Of a stretch of 64,000 nucleotides of DNA, positions 15,788 through 24,916 are shown piece by piece. The DNA comes from a virus. Both the position numbers and the translations under genes were made by a program. Location of the stretch: the IMG/VR virus record IMGVR_UViG_3300042691_044682, positions 28,322 to 92,321 of that record, one strand, 5' to 3'. Under the pieces are notes generated by a model, which saw only the letters and a list, made by a program, of their open reading frames with translations, was not told where the DNA came from and searched no databases. Positions within the stretch are counted from its first letter, which is position 1. Each line of letters starts with the position of its first letter.

Positions 15788-16990
15788 ATGAGCCAGAACA
15801 GCAAGCCCCCCACGGGCGCCCCCACCCGCGATCTCGCCACCATCCGCGCCGCCGGCAAGCAGGTGGCCAAGGACGCCGGCGGCGACCTCGTGAAGAGCTT
15901 CTTCGAGGCCCACAAGGACACCATCGCCGCCGTGCTGCCCCGGCACATGACGCCGGAGCGCATGCTCAACCTCGGGCTGCGCGCCCTGCGAGTCACGCCC
16001 CGCCTCATGGAGGCGAACCTCGCCAGCCTGTTCGGCGCGACCGTGACGGTCGCGCAGATGGGCCTCGAGCCGAACACCCCGCTGCGCCACGTCCACCTCA
16101 TCCCCTACCGGAACACCAAGGCGAACCGGACGGACGTGCAGGTCATCATCGGCTACCAGGGCTACATCGAGCTCGCCCGCCGCTCGGGCCAGATCGAGAC
16201 GCTGGCCGCGCGCGCCGTCTTCGCCCGCGACAAGTTCCGGATCAGCTACGGCATCGAGGACACCATCGAGCACGAGCCGGCGCTGAACGGCGAGCGCGGC
16301 GAGTTCATCGGCGCCTACGCCGTCGCGAAGATGAAGGGCGGCGGCTACCAATTCGAGTGGATGGCGAAGGGCGAGATCGACCGCATCCGGGACGGCTCCT
16401 CGAACGTGAAGGAGGCGCTCCGGGCGGCCGAGAAGTACAAGCGGGCGCCCCAGGGCCCCTGGTTCGAGCACTACGACGAGATGGCCCGCAAGACCGTCAT
16501 CCGGCGGCTGGCCAAGTACCTGCCGCTCTCGGTCGAGCTCGCCTCGGCCATCGAGCTGGACGAGAAGGCCGAGCGCGGCGCCCCCGTGAACTTCGGCAAG
16601 GTCCTCGACAACGTCGACTACGCCGAGGTCGTGGCGGCGGAGGAGGAGGACGGCGAGCCGGAGGCCACGGAGCAGGCGGAACGGGCGGAGCCGGCCGCGG
16701 CCGTGCTCCCCCTGCGCGGGGCGCGCCAGGTGGATGGCGAGGCGGGCCGGCCCCCTGTCGCCCAGGAGGGCGTGGTGGAGCTCGCGGCAGCCTACCGCTC
16801 GACCGTCGAGGCCATCCTGGGCGACGAGCCGCGCTTCACGGTCAGGGTCCTGGTCATGCCGAACGGCGCCAAGCCGGCCTGCTTCCTCGACCACAAGGGG
16901 CACGTCCATGCCTACCTCGAGGAGGCCCAGGCCCGGGCGGCGGCGGCGCGCATGGTCGACGCCGATGACTTTCCCGGGGCGGGCGCCTGA
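15788..16990 (+). CDS. recT: RecT single-strand annealing protein with C-terminal extension
   Basis: LPRHMTPERM...GLEPN...IIGYQGYIELARRSG...EMARKTVIRRLAKYLPLS. Confidence 0.92.
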   Translation: MSQNSKPPTGAPTRDLATIRAAGKQVAKDAGGDLVKSFFEAHKDTIAAVLPRHMTPERMLNLGLRALRVTPRLMEANLASLFGATVTVAQMGLEPNTPLRHVHLIPYRNTKANRTDVQVIIGYQGYIELARRSGQIETLAARAVFARDKFRISYGIEDTIEHEPALNGERGEFIGAYAVAKMKGGGYQFEWMAKGEIDRIRDGSSNVKEALRAAEKYKRAPQGPWFEHYDEMARKTVIRRLAKYLPLSVELASAIELDEKAERGAPVNFGKVLDNVDYAEVVAAEEEDGEPEATEQAERAEPAAAVLPLRGARQVDGEAGRPPVAQEGVVELAAAYRSTVEAILGDEPRFTVRVLVMPNGAKPACFLDHKGHVHAYLEEAQARAAAARMVDADDFPGAGA

Positions 16991-17032
16991 CCAAACGCCC
17001 GCTCCATTCACCCCAGCACAAGGTAGATCCCA

Positions 17033-17332
17033 ATGAGCCAGTCCCATCTGCTGCCCGACGAGGCCGAGATCGCCCGCGCCCAGGCGCAGGTGACCGAGGA
17101 GGCGCGTGAGGGCGAGCAGACCTTCGCCACCCTCGTCGCCTCCGCCTCCGGCGCCGTGGTGTCGGTCGAGGTGTTCCAGACGAAGCGCGGCCCGCAGCTG
17201 CACGTCGTCGCGACCGGCAACGGCCGCCGCATGCAGCCCCTCATCTTCGACCGCTTCCAGATGGCCGCCCTGCTCGGCGCCATGGAGGGCGCTCGCCAGA
17301 CGGCGATCAACGGGGCGGCGGATCCCTTCTGA
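17033..17332 (+). CDS. hypothetical protein
   Basis: ORF with phage codon bias. Confidence 0.65.
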   Translation: MSQSHLLPDEAEIARAQAQVTEEAREGEQTFATLVASASGAVVSVEVFQTKRGPQLHVVATGNGRRMQPLIFDRFQMAALLGAMEGARQTAINGAADPF

Positions 17333-17694
17333 TGATCCCCCTCAACGGCATGCGGGTCCGTCACGATGGCCCCTGGCTGTGCCACGACGCACGGCTGAAG
17401 ACGCTCTACCCGGCGGACCACCCGGCCCGCCGGCCGACCAAGCTGACGCACTTCGCCGATGCCGTGAGCGCCACCAATGCTCTCAGCATCGACCACGGCC
17501 ACCTGCTCGACCTGGTGTGGAAGATCCGCTCGGCCGAGTCGTTGGCGATGCATGTGCGCGAGCACACCGGCTGCGAGAGGACCCGGGCGATCGCCATCGA
17601 GCTGTCGACCGGCTTCTTCGCGGACGTGCTGTCCGACATCGACGCCCTCCTCGCCCGCAAGGCCGAGGCGGAGCTCTGGGCCGAGGGGGACTGA
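17332..17694 (+). CDS. hypothetical protein
   Basis: TGATG coupling. Confidence 0.65.
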   Translation: MIPLNGMRVRHDGPWLCHDARLKTLYPADHPARRPTKLTHFADAVSATNALSIDHGHLLDLVWKIRSAESLAMHVREHTGCERTRAIAIELSTGFFADVLSDIDALLARKAEAELWAEGD

Positions 17695-17697
17695 GCC

Positions 17698-18063
17698 ATG
17701 ACCGACCTGCTGCCGCTCTTCCTGCGGCTGGTGCGCCAGGAGGAGCGCGAGCGCGACTTCACCGTGCGCCAGCTCTCGGTGCTGCTGCTGATCAACGCCC
17801 GCGGCGCCATGACCGTGCGGGCCATGGCGGCCGAGATGGGCATCCCGAAGCCTTCGGTGGTGCGCGCGATCGACGCGCTCCAGCGCATCGAGTTCGTCCG
17901 CCGGCGGGAGGATCCGAACGACCGGCGTAGCGTCCTGGTCTCGCTGCGCGCCGCCGGCCAGCGGTTCGTGGACGGCATCCGGCAAGAACCGGAGGGCAGG
18001 ACCGTTCGCGTCGCCGAGCCCGTGGGGCTCAAGCTCGCGCGCCCGACAGCCGCCCAGGCATAA
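17698..18063 (+). CDS. MarR-family winged HTH regulator
   Basis: TVRQLSVLL...TVRAMAAEMGIPKPSVVRAIDAL...RREDPNDRRSV. Confidence 0.88.
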   Translation: MTDLLPLFLRLVRQEERERDFTVRQLSVLLLINARGAMTVRAMAAEMGIPKPSVVRAIDALQRIEFVRRREDPNDRRSVLVSLRAAGQRFVDGIRQEPEGRTVRVAEPVGLKLARPTAAQA

Positions 18064-18069
18064 GCCGGT

Positions 18070-18089
18070 AATCACATTTTCCTGTTGTT
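18070..18089. promoter_or_regulatory. CACA-N6-TGT operator
   Basis: aatcaca-ttttcc-tgttgtt, intergenic. Confidence 0.6.
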
Positions 18090-18130
18090 ATGCGCGGGAA
18101 AATGTGCTGACTTCTGGGAGGGAGAAGCGG

Positions 18131-18352
18131 ATGAGCCAATTGCTGAAAGCGGTCGACGTCTATGGGCTGCTGCGCGAGCGGATCGCCGCCGCAGGCAGCC
18201 AGCGGGCCTACGCCACGCGCGTCGGCATCAGCCCTCAGTTCCTCTCCGACGTCCTCATGGCGCGCTCCGAGCCCTCGGCCGCCATCCTGGCCGACCTCGG
18301 CCTGCAGCGGGTGGTCCGCTACATCAGGAAGGATACGGTGAATGCCGGATAA
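18131..18352 (+). CDS. small HTH protein
   Basis: GSQRAYATRVGISPQFLSDVL. Confidence 0.75.
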   Translation: MSQLLKAVDVYGLLRERIAAAGSQRAYATRVGISPQFLSDVLMARSEPSAAILADLGLQRVVRYIRKDTVNAG

Positions 18353-18620
18353 CAAGGCGACCAAGCAGACATCCGACGAGGCCGAGGTCGGCGGCATCGC
18401 CGCCGAGCGGCTTCGTTCGATCATTGAGCGCATCGAACGCCTCGAGGAGGAGAAGAAGGCGCTCTCGTCCGACATCAAGGACATCATGGCCGAGGCCAAG
18501 TCCGCCGCCTTCGACGTGAAGGTCCTGCGCCAGATCCTCAAGATCCGGAAGGCCGAGCCCGCCGAGGTGGAGGAGCAAGAAACCTTGCTCGACCTCTACC
18601 GCCGCGCGCTCGGGATGTGA
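18342..18620 (+). CDS. gapR: GapR (DUF2312) nucleoid-associated protein
   Basis: AAERLRSIIERIERLEEEKKALSSDIKDIMAEAKS..FDVKVLRQILKIRK...LDLYRRALGM. Confidence 0.92.
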   Translation: MPDNKATKQTSDEAEVGGIAAERLRSIIERIERLEEEKKALSSDIKDIMAEAKSAAFDVKVLRQILKIRKAEPAEVEEQETLLDLYRRALGM

Positions 18621-19201
18621 GCGCCATGGCCTTCAGGGATCCTCCCCAGGATTGGCCGCCCGAGGACATCGCGCGGCTGCGCGAGCTCTGGGCGACCGGC
18701 ATGTCCACGGCGAAGATCGGCCAGGCGATGGGCCGCACGAAAAGCGCGGTCGTGGGCAAGGCGCACCGCCTCGATCTGCCCGGGCGGAAGTCGCCGATCA
18801 AGAAGGCCGCCGCGCCGGCGCCGAAGCCGGCAACCAGGCCGGCCGCCGCGGCCCCCAAGATCCAGCCCGAGAAGGCTCCTCTTCAACGCATCCCCCTTCT
18901 GCGGGGCGGGGCCGCGGCGTTCCAGCACATCATGGCGCGCAACGCGCAGGCCCGCGCCGCTGACCAGGCCCCGACGCCGGAGCCGCAACGCGAGCTCCGC
19001 GAGGCTCCTCCGCCCGCCGTCTCCGCCGCGGTGCGGGAGTCGGGGCGCGCGTGCCGCTACTGCCTGCCCTCGGGCCAGGACTTCCCGCGCTGGCGCTACT
19101 GCGACGCCCCGATCCAGGCCGACGGGCGCCGCTACCCCTACTGCGACGAGCACTATTACCGCTGCATCCAGCAGCGGGCCGAGAAGCAGGATGCGGCGTG
19201 A
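18617..19201 (+). CDS. gcrA: GcrA-family cell-cycle regulator
   Basis: W...LRELWATGMSTAKIG..MGRTKSAVVGKAHRLDL; C-terminal CRY...YC...PYCDEH. Confidence 0.88.
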   Translation: MSAMAFRDPPQDWPPEDIARLRELWATGMSTAKIGQAMGRTKSAVVGKAHRLDLPGRKSPIKKAAAPAPKPATRPAAAAPKIQPEKAPLQRIPLLRGGAAAFQHIMARNAQARAADQAPTPEPQRELREAPPPAVSAAVRESGRACRYCLPSGQDFPRWRYCDAPIQADGRRYPYCDEHYYRCIQQRAEKQDAA

Positions 19202-19392
19202 TGGGCGACCTGTTCGGCGGCTCTCTCCCCATCCCGCTCGAAGCGCAGATCAAGGAGGTCGAGCGGGAGATCGCGCAGCGCGAGCGCGTCTACCCCCGGT
19301 GGGTCGAGGCTGGAAAGCTCCCGCGCGCCACGGCCGACCGGCAGATCGCAGTCATGCGCGCCGTCCTCCACACACTGAAAGGGCTTTGCTGA
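19201..19392 (+). CDS. conserved phage hypothetical protein
   Basis: EVEREIAQRERVYPRWV..GKL motif. Confidence 0.75.
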   Translation: MGDLFGGSLPIPLEAQIKEVEREIAQRERVYPRWVEAGKLPRATADRQIAVMRAVLHTLKGLC

Positions 19393-19862
19393 TGCGCCCC
19401 GCCCCCTGGCTGCACCTCGAGCCGCATCGCCTGGGCGGGCTGTATGCCTCGCCCTACGGCTCGCCCTACGGCGCCTTCGAGGTCCTGCACAAGCCGACCG
19501 CGACGACGCTCCGCATCATCGCCTCCTCCGATGTCTTTGAGCACGTCTCGGTCAGCACGGCCCGCCGCACGCCAAACTGGGCGGAAATGGAGTTCGCCTG
19601 CCGCCTGTTCTGGGACGAGGAGGAGGCGGTGATGCAGCTGCACCCGCCGCGCAGCCAGTGGGTGAGCAACCACCCCTACGTGCTGCACCTCTGGAAGCCG
19701 GCCGACCCGGCGACGCCGATCCCGCTGCCGCCGCAGCTGATGGTTGGCATCCCTGGGGTGGAATTCGACCCGAACAACCCGAGGGACCGCGACGCGGCAG
19801 CGGCCGTGCATGCCGCCCTCTCCCAGAAGCTCGATGCGCACCTGCGCTCGGGAGGCCGCTGA
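19392..19862 (+). CDS. conserved phage protein (EHVSVS...HPYVLHLW family)
   Basis: EHVSVS..RTPNWAEM...VMQLHPP...NHPYVLHLW. Confidence 0.8.
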   Translation: MRPAPWLHLEPHRLGGLYASPYGSPYGAFEVLHKPTATTLRIIASSDVFEHVSVSTARRTPNWAEMEFACRLFWDEEEAVMQLHPPRSQWVSNHPYVLHLWKPADPATPIPLPPQLMVGIPGVEFDPNNPRDRDAAAAVHAALSQKLDAHLRSGGR

Positions 19863-20116
19863 TGCCGCTGTTCATCTCGGTCGCGATGCTCCGCGACCCC
19901 GTGCGGAATCGCGTCTTCAACCACACCCTGGTGACCATCGCCCCCAACGAGGCGAAGGCCATCGAGGCCGCCAAGGCGGACCTGGCGCGCATCCATCCCA
20001 CGATGGAGCTGCGGGACGGTTCCATTCTCATGGTCGAGCCGGCCGCGATCCGCGCCGCCTATGCCGAGCTTGCCGGCACCAAGCCCGCCGCGTCCGGCGA
20101 AGGCCGGATGCAATGA
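19862..20116 (+). CDS. hypothetical protein
   Basis: TGATG coupling. Confidence 0.65.
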   Translation: MPLFISVAMLRDPVRNRVFNHTLVTIAPNEAKAIEAAKADLARIHPTMELRDGSILMVEPAAIRAAYAELAGTKPAASGEGRMQ

Positions 20117-20292
20117 GCGCGCCCGGGGCCGACCGCAAACCGATGGTCGTGCATTGCGGCGACTGCAAGCACGTCTGGACGGCCTGTTGGCTGCCGATGG
20201 ACGCGCTCAAGGTCGCGCGTCTGGTGAAAGGGCTCTGCTGCCCGTCCTGCGGCGCGACGCCGAAGCGGATCTTCATGGGAGACGGCACATGA
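20113..20292 (+). CDS. small zinc-ribbon protein
   Basis: CGDC...CPSC. Confidence 0.7.
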   Translation: MSAPGADRKPMVVHCGDCKHVWTACWLPMDALKVARLVKGLCCPSCGATPKRIFMGDGT

Positions 20293-20528
20293 CCCGCGCC
20301 CCCAAGCGCGTGCGCGAGATCCTCGGCGCCCTGGGCGATGCGTGGGTGTGGGACGGCTTCACCGGCGGCCACCACCTCCGGTTCCGCCACAGGGCCAGCG
20401 GTGCAGCCCTGTTCGCCGCCAGCACATGCAGCGGTCATCCCCGCCGCGATCTGCAGAACACCCTGGCCATGGCCCGGCGCCTCGAGCGCCAGACGACGCC
20501 AGACGGAGTGCGCGCATGCAAACGTTGA
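20289..20528 (+). CDS. HicA-like fold small protein (tentative)
   Basis: TGGHHLRFRH...ASTCS...NTLAMARR. Confidence 0.5.
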   Translation: MTRAPKRVREILGALGDAWVWDGFTGGHHLRFRHRASGAALFAASTCSGHPRRDLQNTLAMARRLERQTTPDGVRACKR

Positions 20529-20749
20529 GCCTCGCGATCATCGTGCTCGCCGGCGCGGTCATCCCTTCGTTCTTCCTGTACGCCGTCGTCTATGAGCTGC
20601 GGACCGGGAAGAGCTTTGCCCTGGGCGGCCCATCCACGCCGCTCTCCGAGAAGGGCCCGTTCGCGGCGGCGATGGTCGTCCTCATGGTGCTGAGCAATCT
20701 CATCCTGGTGATCGCCGGCATCGCCCTCTTCGCGGAGAAGAACCTGTGA
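20516..20749 (+). CDS. two-TM membrane protein
   Basis: two hydrophobic helices. Confidence 0.65.
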   Translation: MQTLSLAIIVLAGAVIPSFFLYAVVYELRTGKSFALGGPSTPLSEKGPFAAAMVVLMVLSNLILVIAGIALFAEKNL

Positions 20750-21105
20750 CCAAGCAACCCAGTCTCGACATGCCGGCGGCCGTACCGGCGGACGGGCGCG
20801 TCGTTCCCATCGCCGACCCGAAGTTGCGCGTCCTCGTGCTCGCGATGCTGGGCCTCCGGGCGGCGAGGAGCGTGCTCGAGCAGGAAGGCAAGTTCGCCCA
20901 CGGCCTCGCGGGCATGCAGGTCGCCAGGACGCTCATCGAGCGCGAGTACTTCCAGACGGAGGCGGAGGTGCACCGCCGCCTGCCCAAGGTGATGGCGGCC
21001 GCCGGCGTCGACCTGAGCGCGTGGCAGGCCTGGGCGTTCAAGGATGGCGGCGAGGCCGTTGTGTGCCGCCCGTTCGCGGACGCGATCGAGGAGGTGAAGG
21101 GATGA
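20746..21105 (+). CDS. hypothetical protein
   Basis: GTGA coupling. Confidence 0.65.
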   Translation: MTKQPSLDMPAAVPADGRVVPIADPKLRVLVLAMLGLRAARSVLEQEGKFAHGLAGMQVARTLIEREYFQTEAEVHRRLPKVMAAAGVDLSAWQAWAFKDGGEAVVCRPFADAIEEVKG

Positions 21106-21629
21106 CCGACGCCCCCGACATGCAAGCTGCCGTGCCGGGTCCGGCTGCCGAAGCATGGATCCCCACCGACTATTCGGACGAGATCATCTACCACACCACC
21201 GACCACCCCTCGGAATGGCTCATCCCCCGCGGCTCCGGGCATGTCCTCGGCGATGAGCACGGAGAGGAGCCGCATGACGACGTGCCGCTACTCAAGGACG
21301 GCGACATCATCAGCTTCGATCGGCGGACGCAGCACGGCACCGGCACCCTCACCGTGCATCACCTCCCCGACGAGGACGAGGATGATAGCGGCTGGAGCCG
21401 CTGGACGATCGACCCGCCGATGCCGGCGGCCCCGTCAGGGGCGGACATGCATCTCTGCCTGGCCGACGACCCGGAAATCTACGGCGTCGAGCCCGGCGAG
21501 GTGGCTGACGAGCTGGACCCCGGCACCTACACGGTGCGCTTCTACGCCTGGGTCTCCGTGCCGTTCCGCTACGACGCCAAGGCCGGCGAACTGGTGCGCC
21601 TGGTCGCGGGCAAAAGGGCGCCGGCATGA
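21102..21629 (+). CDS. acidic hypothetical protein
   Basis: ATGA coupling. Confidence 0.7.
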   Translation: MTDAPDMQAAVPGPAAEAWIPTDYSDEIIYHTTDHPSEWLIPRGSGHVLGDEHGEEPHDDVPLLKDGDIISFDRRTQHGTGTLTVHHLPDEDEDDSGWSRWTIDPPMPAAPSGADMHLCLADDPEIYGVEPGEVADELDPGTYTVRFYAWVSVPFRYDAKAGELVRLVAGKRAPA

Positions 21630-22288
21630 CCGACCGCCCCATAATCTTTTCAGGCAGCATGGTCAGGGCGCTGCTCGACGGACGCAAGACCCAGACGCGG
21701 CGGATCCTGAAGCCGCAGCCGAAGACCTTCCGCATCACTGAGGACGGGGTCGAGCAGGACGCCCCGGTGATCCTGCATCATACCGAGAGCGAGCCCTGGC
21801 CCAAGGTAGCGATCGGGCGCGTCATCACCCGCCAGGAGGTGCGTTACCGCCCCGGCATGCGCCTGTGGGTGCGGGAGGCGCACGCGACCAGCGCGAATCC
21901 AGATCTCAAGCCGTGGTATCGCCTCGATCATCCTGAGGCCACGGCCGCAGGCCCCCGGGTGGACGTCAAATGGCGCCCCTCCATCCACATGCCGCGCTGG
22001 GCCAGCCGCTTCACCCTGAACGTGACCGCGGTGCGCGTGGAGCGGCTGCAGCAGATCAGCGAGGCGGATGCGATGGCGGAGGGGATGATCAATCTCGGCG
22101 GCCGCGGTGTGCCTGACTGCTGGTGGCACAGCCACGACGGCCTCTCTCGCGCAGGCGCCACGGCGCGAGCTGCGTTCGGGATGCTCTGGGATGATCTCCA
22201 CGGCGCCGGCGCCTGGGACGCGAACCCCTGGGTGGTCGCCATCACCTTCGGCGTGGCCAAGAGGAACATCGACGAGGCTGCGCCATGA
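21626..22288 (+). CDS. ASCH/PUA-like phage protein
   Basis: RPIIFSGSMVRALLDGRKTQTRR...WRPSIHMPRWASR...NPWV. Confidence 0.85.
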   Translation: MTDRPIIFSGSMVRALLDGRKTQTRRILKPQPKTFRITEDGVEQDAPVILHHTESEPWPKVAIGRVITRQEVRYRPGMRLWVREAHATSANPDLKPWYRLDHPEATAAGPRVDVKWRPSIHMPRWASRFTLNVTAVRVERLQQISEADAMAEGMINLGGRGVPDCWWHSHDGLSRAGATARAAFGMLWDDLHGAGAWDANPWVVAITFGVAKRNIDEAAP

Positions 22289-22443
22289 CCGGGCACTACG
22301 AGCGGCACGCCGCCTATCAGATCCTCGCTGGCTGGATCCGCCTCGAGCACGCCGGCGCGCGGCGCCGCGAGGCGGTCAGCTTCCGCGCCGCCGACGACAT
22401 GCAGGACCTCTGGACCTGGATCCTGCGGGAGGGGCTGGCATGA
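22285..22443 (+). CDS. small hypothetical protein (52 aa)
   Basis: ATGA coupling at both ends. Confidence 0.6.
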   Translation: MTGHYERHAAYQILAGWIRLEHAGARRREAVSFRAADDMQDLWTWILREGLA

Positions 22444-22832
22444 CCGCCCGCGCCCTCCGCATGCTCTACCGCGAGGTCCCCGAGGTGAAAGGCTGCCTGA
22501 CCGGCTGCGGCAAGTGCTGCGGCCCGGTGCCCTGGTCGCCGGCGGAGCTCGAGCGGGTGGCATCGCGCATCCCGCCGGGAACGCTGTCGAGGCCGGCGCC
22601 ATCCGGCCCCACCGAGATGGTGATGCTCATCAACCCCGTGACGGGCGGCTGCGCCATGCTCGACGCCGAGAAGCGCTGCACGGTCTACGAGGCGCGCCCG
22701 CTGATGTGCCGCATGTTCGGCGCCGTGGCCGGTCCTGGGCTCGAATGTCCCTTCGGCGCCCGTGCCGGCCGCCCGCTGTCCGATCGGAAGGCCGGCGCCC
22801 TGGCGCAGCGCTACAAGCGCGAGGCGCCATGA
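22440..22832 (+). CDS. YkgJ-family cysteine cluster protein
   Basis: CLTGCGKCC...CAMLD...CTVYEARPLMCRMF. Confidence 0.85.
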   Translation: MTARALRMLYREVPEVKGCLTGCGKCCGPVPWSPAELERVASRIPPGTLSRPAPSGPTEMVMLINPVTGGCAMLDAEKRCTVYEARPLMCRMFGAVAGPGLECPFGARAGRPLSDRKAGALAQRYKREAP

Positions 22833-23221
22833 CGCAGCTCGGGCTGTTCGACACGGCCGACGGCTCCGACCGGCACGGCGGCATGGCCATGCCGGACTGG
22901 CTGCACGACGAGCTATGGGGCGAACGGAAGGTCGCTGCCACCGTGTCGCGCGGCAAGGGCGCCCAATGGGTGATCGAGGTGGTGCAGGCGCCCGACCGCT
23001 CCTGCTGGTTCGCCGCCTACGCCTACGACTTCTGGGACGCGCCGGACGGCACGGCCTGCGGCGGCGGCACGCCCCTGTGCCACCGCGGGGAGACGCGCGA
23101 GGCGGCGATCGCCGCGGCGGCGCGCGCGCTCATGGCCCGGTTGCCCGACCCCGACAAGCTCAAGGGCAAGGCCCGGGCGCACGTCCGCGCCTTCCTCGAG
23201 GGCCTGGAGCGCGTCGCATGA
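22829..23221 (+). CDS. hypothetical protein
   Basis: ATGA coupling. Confidence 0.65.
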   Translation: MTQLGLFDTADGSDRHGGMAMPDWLHDELWGERKVAATVSRGKGAQWVIEVVQAPDRSCWFAAYAYDFWDAPDGTACGGGTPLCHRGETREAAIAAAARALMARLPDPDKLKGKARAHVRAFLEGLERVA

Positions 23222-23577
23222 CGGCGCTCCGCCTGCCCGACTGGCCGCTCCTGATGGACCAGCCGACGCTGCAGCGCTACCTGAGCCTGACGCGTCGCCA
23301 GCTGAAGGCCTATCTGGCCGCCGGCCTGGTTCCCCCGGCGCGCGAGCACCTGCCCGGCCAGCTGCGCTGGCACCGCGGCGAGGTGGATGCTTCGATCGCC
23401 CGCGCATGGGGGATGCGCCAGGCGGAGGAGCCAGGGGATGCGATCAGGGAAGCGAAGCAGCGCCTTGAGGGGCTCGCCGGCCCGGCCCGCCTACGTCCAG
23501 GCCGTGCAGGCGGCCAGCGGCGCGACCTACCTCTACTACCGCCGCAACGGCCGGCGAATCCCCCTTCCCGGCCCTGA
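23218..23577 (+). CDS. excisionase-like HTH protein
   Basis: WPLLMD...YLSL...VPP...RWHRGEVD immediately upstream of and overlapping integrase. Confidence 0.7.
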   Translation: MTALRLPDWPLLMDQPTLQRYLSLTRRQLKAYLAAGLVPPAREHLPGQLRWHRGEVDASIARAWGMRQAEEPGDAIREAKQRLEGLAGPARLRPGRAGGQRRDLPLLPPQRPANPPSRP

Positions 23578-24661
23578 GGGGTCGGAAGCCTTCCGGATCG
23601 CCTACCAGCAGGCTGAGAGGTTCTTCGAGGGCGCCTTCGCTCCCCCTGGCTCTGGGCGCCACACCGTCGAGGACGTCATCACCGCCTACCTCGACAGCGC
23701 CGACTATCGCCAGCTCGCGCCCAAGACCCGCGCCGACTACCGCCGTGTGCTGGACGGCTTCCGGACCCACTTCGGCGACCTCCCGGCGGCTGCGCTCACC
23801 GAGCCCTGGATCGAGGAACTGCGGGCCAGGTACGCTCCCGACCACAGCCGCGGCGATGCCGGCCACGCGATCGAGTGGAACGCGCTGCGCGCGCGCATGA
23901 TCAGCGCCATGCGCCACTACCGGCGGGTTCACCCCGAGGCCGGTCTGGCGAACCCATGGGAGGCGTCCCGCCGCCTCAAGCCGCCGGTCAGCACCGCGCA
24001 CCGGCCCTGGCCGCCGGAGGTGCTCCTGGCCGCGCTGCGCGCGGCGACGCCGGAGTTCCGCGCGCTGCTGGTCGGCTACCTCCTCACGGCGCAGCGCGGC
24101 GGCGACGTGACCCGCTTCGGGCCGGAGCAGTACGACGCCGCCAGCCGGACGCTCACGCTGAGCCAGGGCAAGACCGAGGTGCCGCTGCGGATCCATGTGC
24201 CGGCGCCACTGGCGACCGCGATCGAGGCGATGCGCGGCCGCGGCGCGACCAGGCTATTCGTCACCCCGCGCGGCCGACCATGGACGACAGCCAACGCGCA
24301 GGAGACGCTGGCGCGGCTGCTCGAGCAACTCGGCCTGGCGCGCTACACGCTGCACGGGCTCCGGGCGACAGGCCCGGTGGCGCTGAAGATGCTCGGCTTC
24401 GAGAACCGCGCCATCCGGGCGCTGACCGGGCACACCTCCGACCGCAACCTCGAGGTCTACCTGCGCGGCGTGGAGCACTACCCGCTCGCGCGCGAGGCGC
24501 AGGAAGCGCTCGCCGGCGTCTTCGGGCCAGTGATCGAGGACGCGCTCGCCGGATCCAACGAGCGCCGATTCAGCGGTGTGACCGGGCGCGCGGCCCGCGC
24601 AGGTGGCAAATCAGTGGCAAATGACAAATCTGGGCGGCGGGAGAAGGCTCTAAGTGATTGA
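23438..24661 (+). CDS. int: tyrosine integrase
   Basis: catalytic set TAQRGGD (R), QGKT (K), HGLR, LTGH, VYLR; arm-binding N-terminus YLYYRR. Confidence 0.92.
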   Translation: MRSGKRSSALRGSPARPAYVQAVQAASGATYLYYRRNGRRIPLPGPEGSEAFRIAYQQAERFFEGAFAPPGSGRHTVEDVITAYLDSADYRQLAPKTRADYRRVLDGFRTHFGDLPAAALTEPWIEELRARYAPDHSRGDAGHAIEWNALRARMISAMRHYRRVHPEAGLANPWEASRRLKPPVSTAHRPWPPEVLLAALRAATPEFRALLVGYLLTAQRGGDVTRFGPEQYDAASRTLTLSQGKTEVPLRIHVPAPLATAIEAMRGRGATRLFVTPRGRPWTTANAQETLARLLEQLGLARYTLHGLRATGPVALKMLGFENRAIRALTGHTSDRNLEVYLRGVEHYPLAREAQEALAGVFGPVIEDALAGSNERRFSGVTGRAARAGGKSVANDKSGRREKALSD

Positions 24662-24663
24662 TT
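24602..24663. promoter_or_regulatory. attP arm-type repeats and IHF site
   Basis: gtggcaaat x2 plus gacaaat (24603-24629); reverse-strand AATCAAtcacTTA at 24651-24663 matches WATCAANNNNTTR. Confidence 0.65.
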
Positions 24664-24669
24664 TTACTC

Positions 24670-24709
24670 TGGCATCCCGTACGGGATTCGAACCCGTGTT
24701 ACCAACGTG
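24670..24709 (-). other. attP core: 3' half of tRNA-Glu
   Basis: reverse complement cacgttggtaacacgggttcgaatcccgtacgggatgcca gives T-arm, acceptor 3' strand and CCA; no 5' half present. Confidence 0.85.
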
Positions 24710-24916
24710 GACACCACGATTTGCGCTAGATCAATGCCTTGAACCGGCAAATTTTCCAGGGCGCCGCCTGGTGCACCACATCGCCAGCACATCACTTCAC
24801 ATCGGCTTCATACGATCGGTAGGTTTTTTTCCTATTCTCCTGTGATACGGTGGAGCGATGACAACCACCTCGGCGGCGCTGGTCCGCCTGCCCTCCTGCA
24901 TTGCCGTCGAGACCGC

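Noticed and set aside
24670-24709. Functional tRNA gene
   Set aside because: Only the 3' half is present; D arm and 5' acceptor strand are missing.
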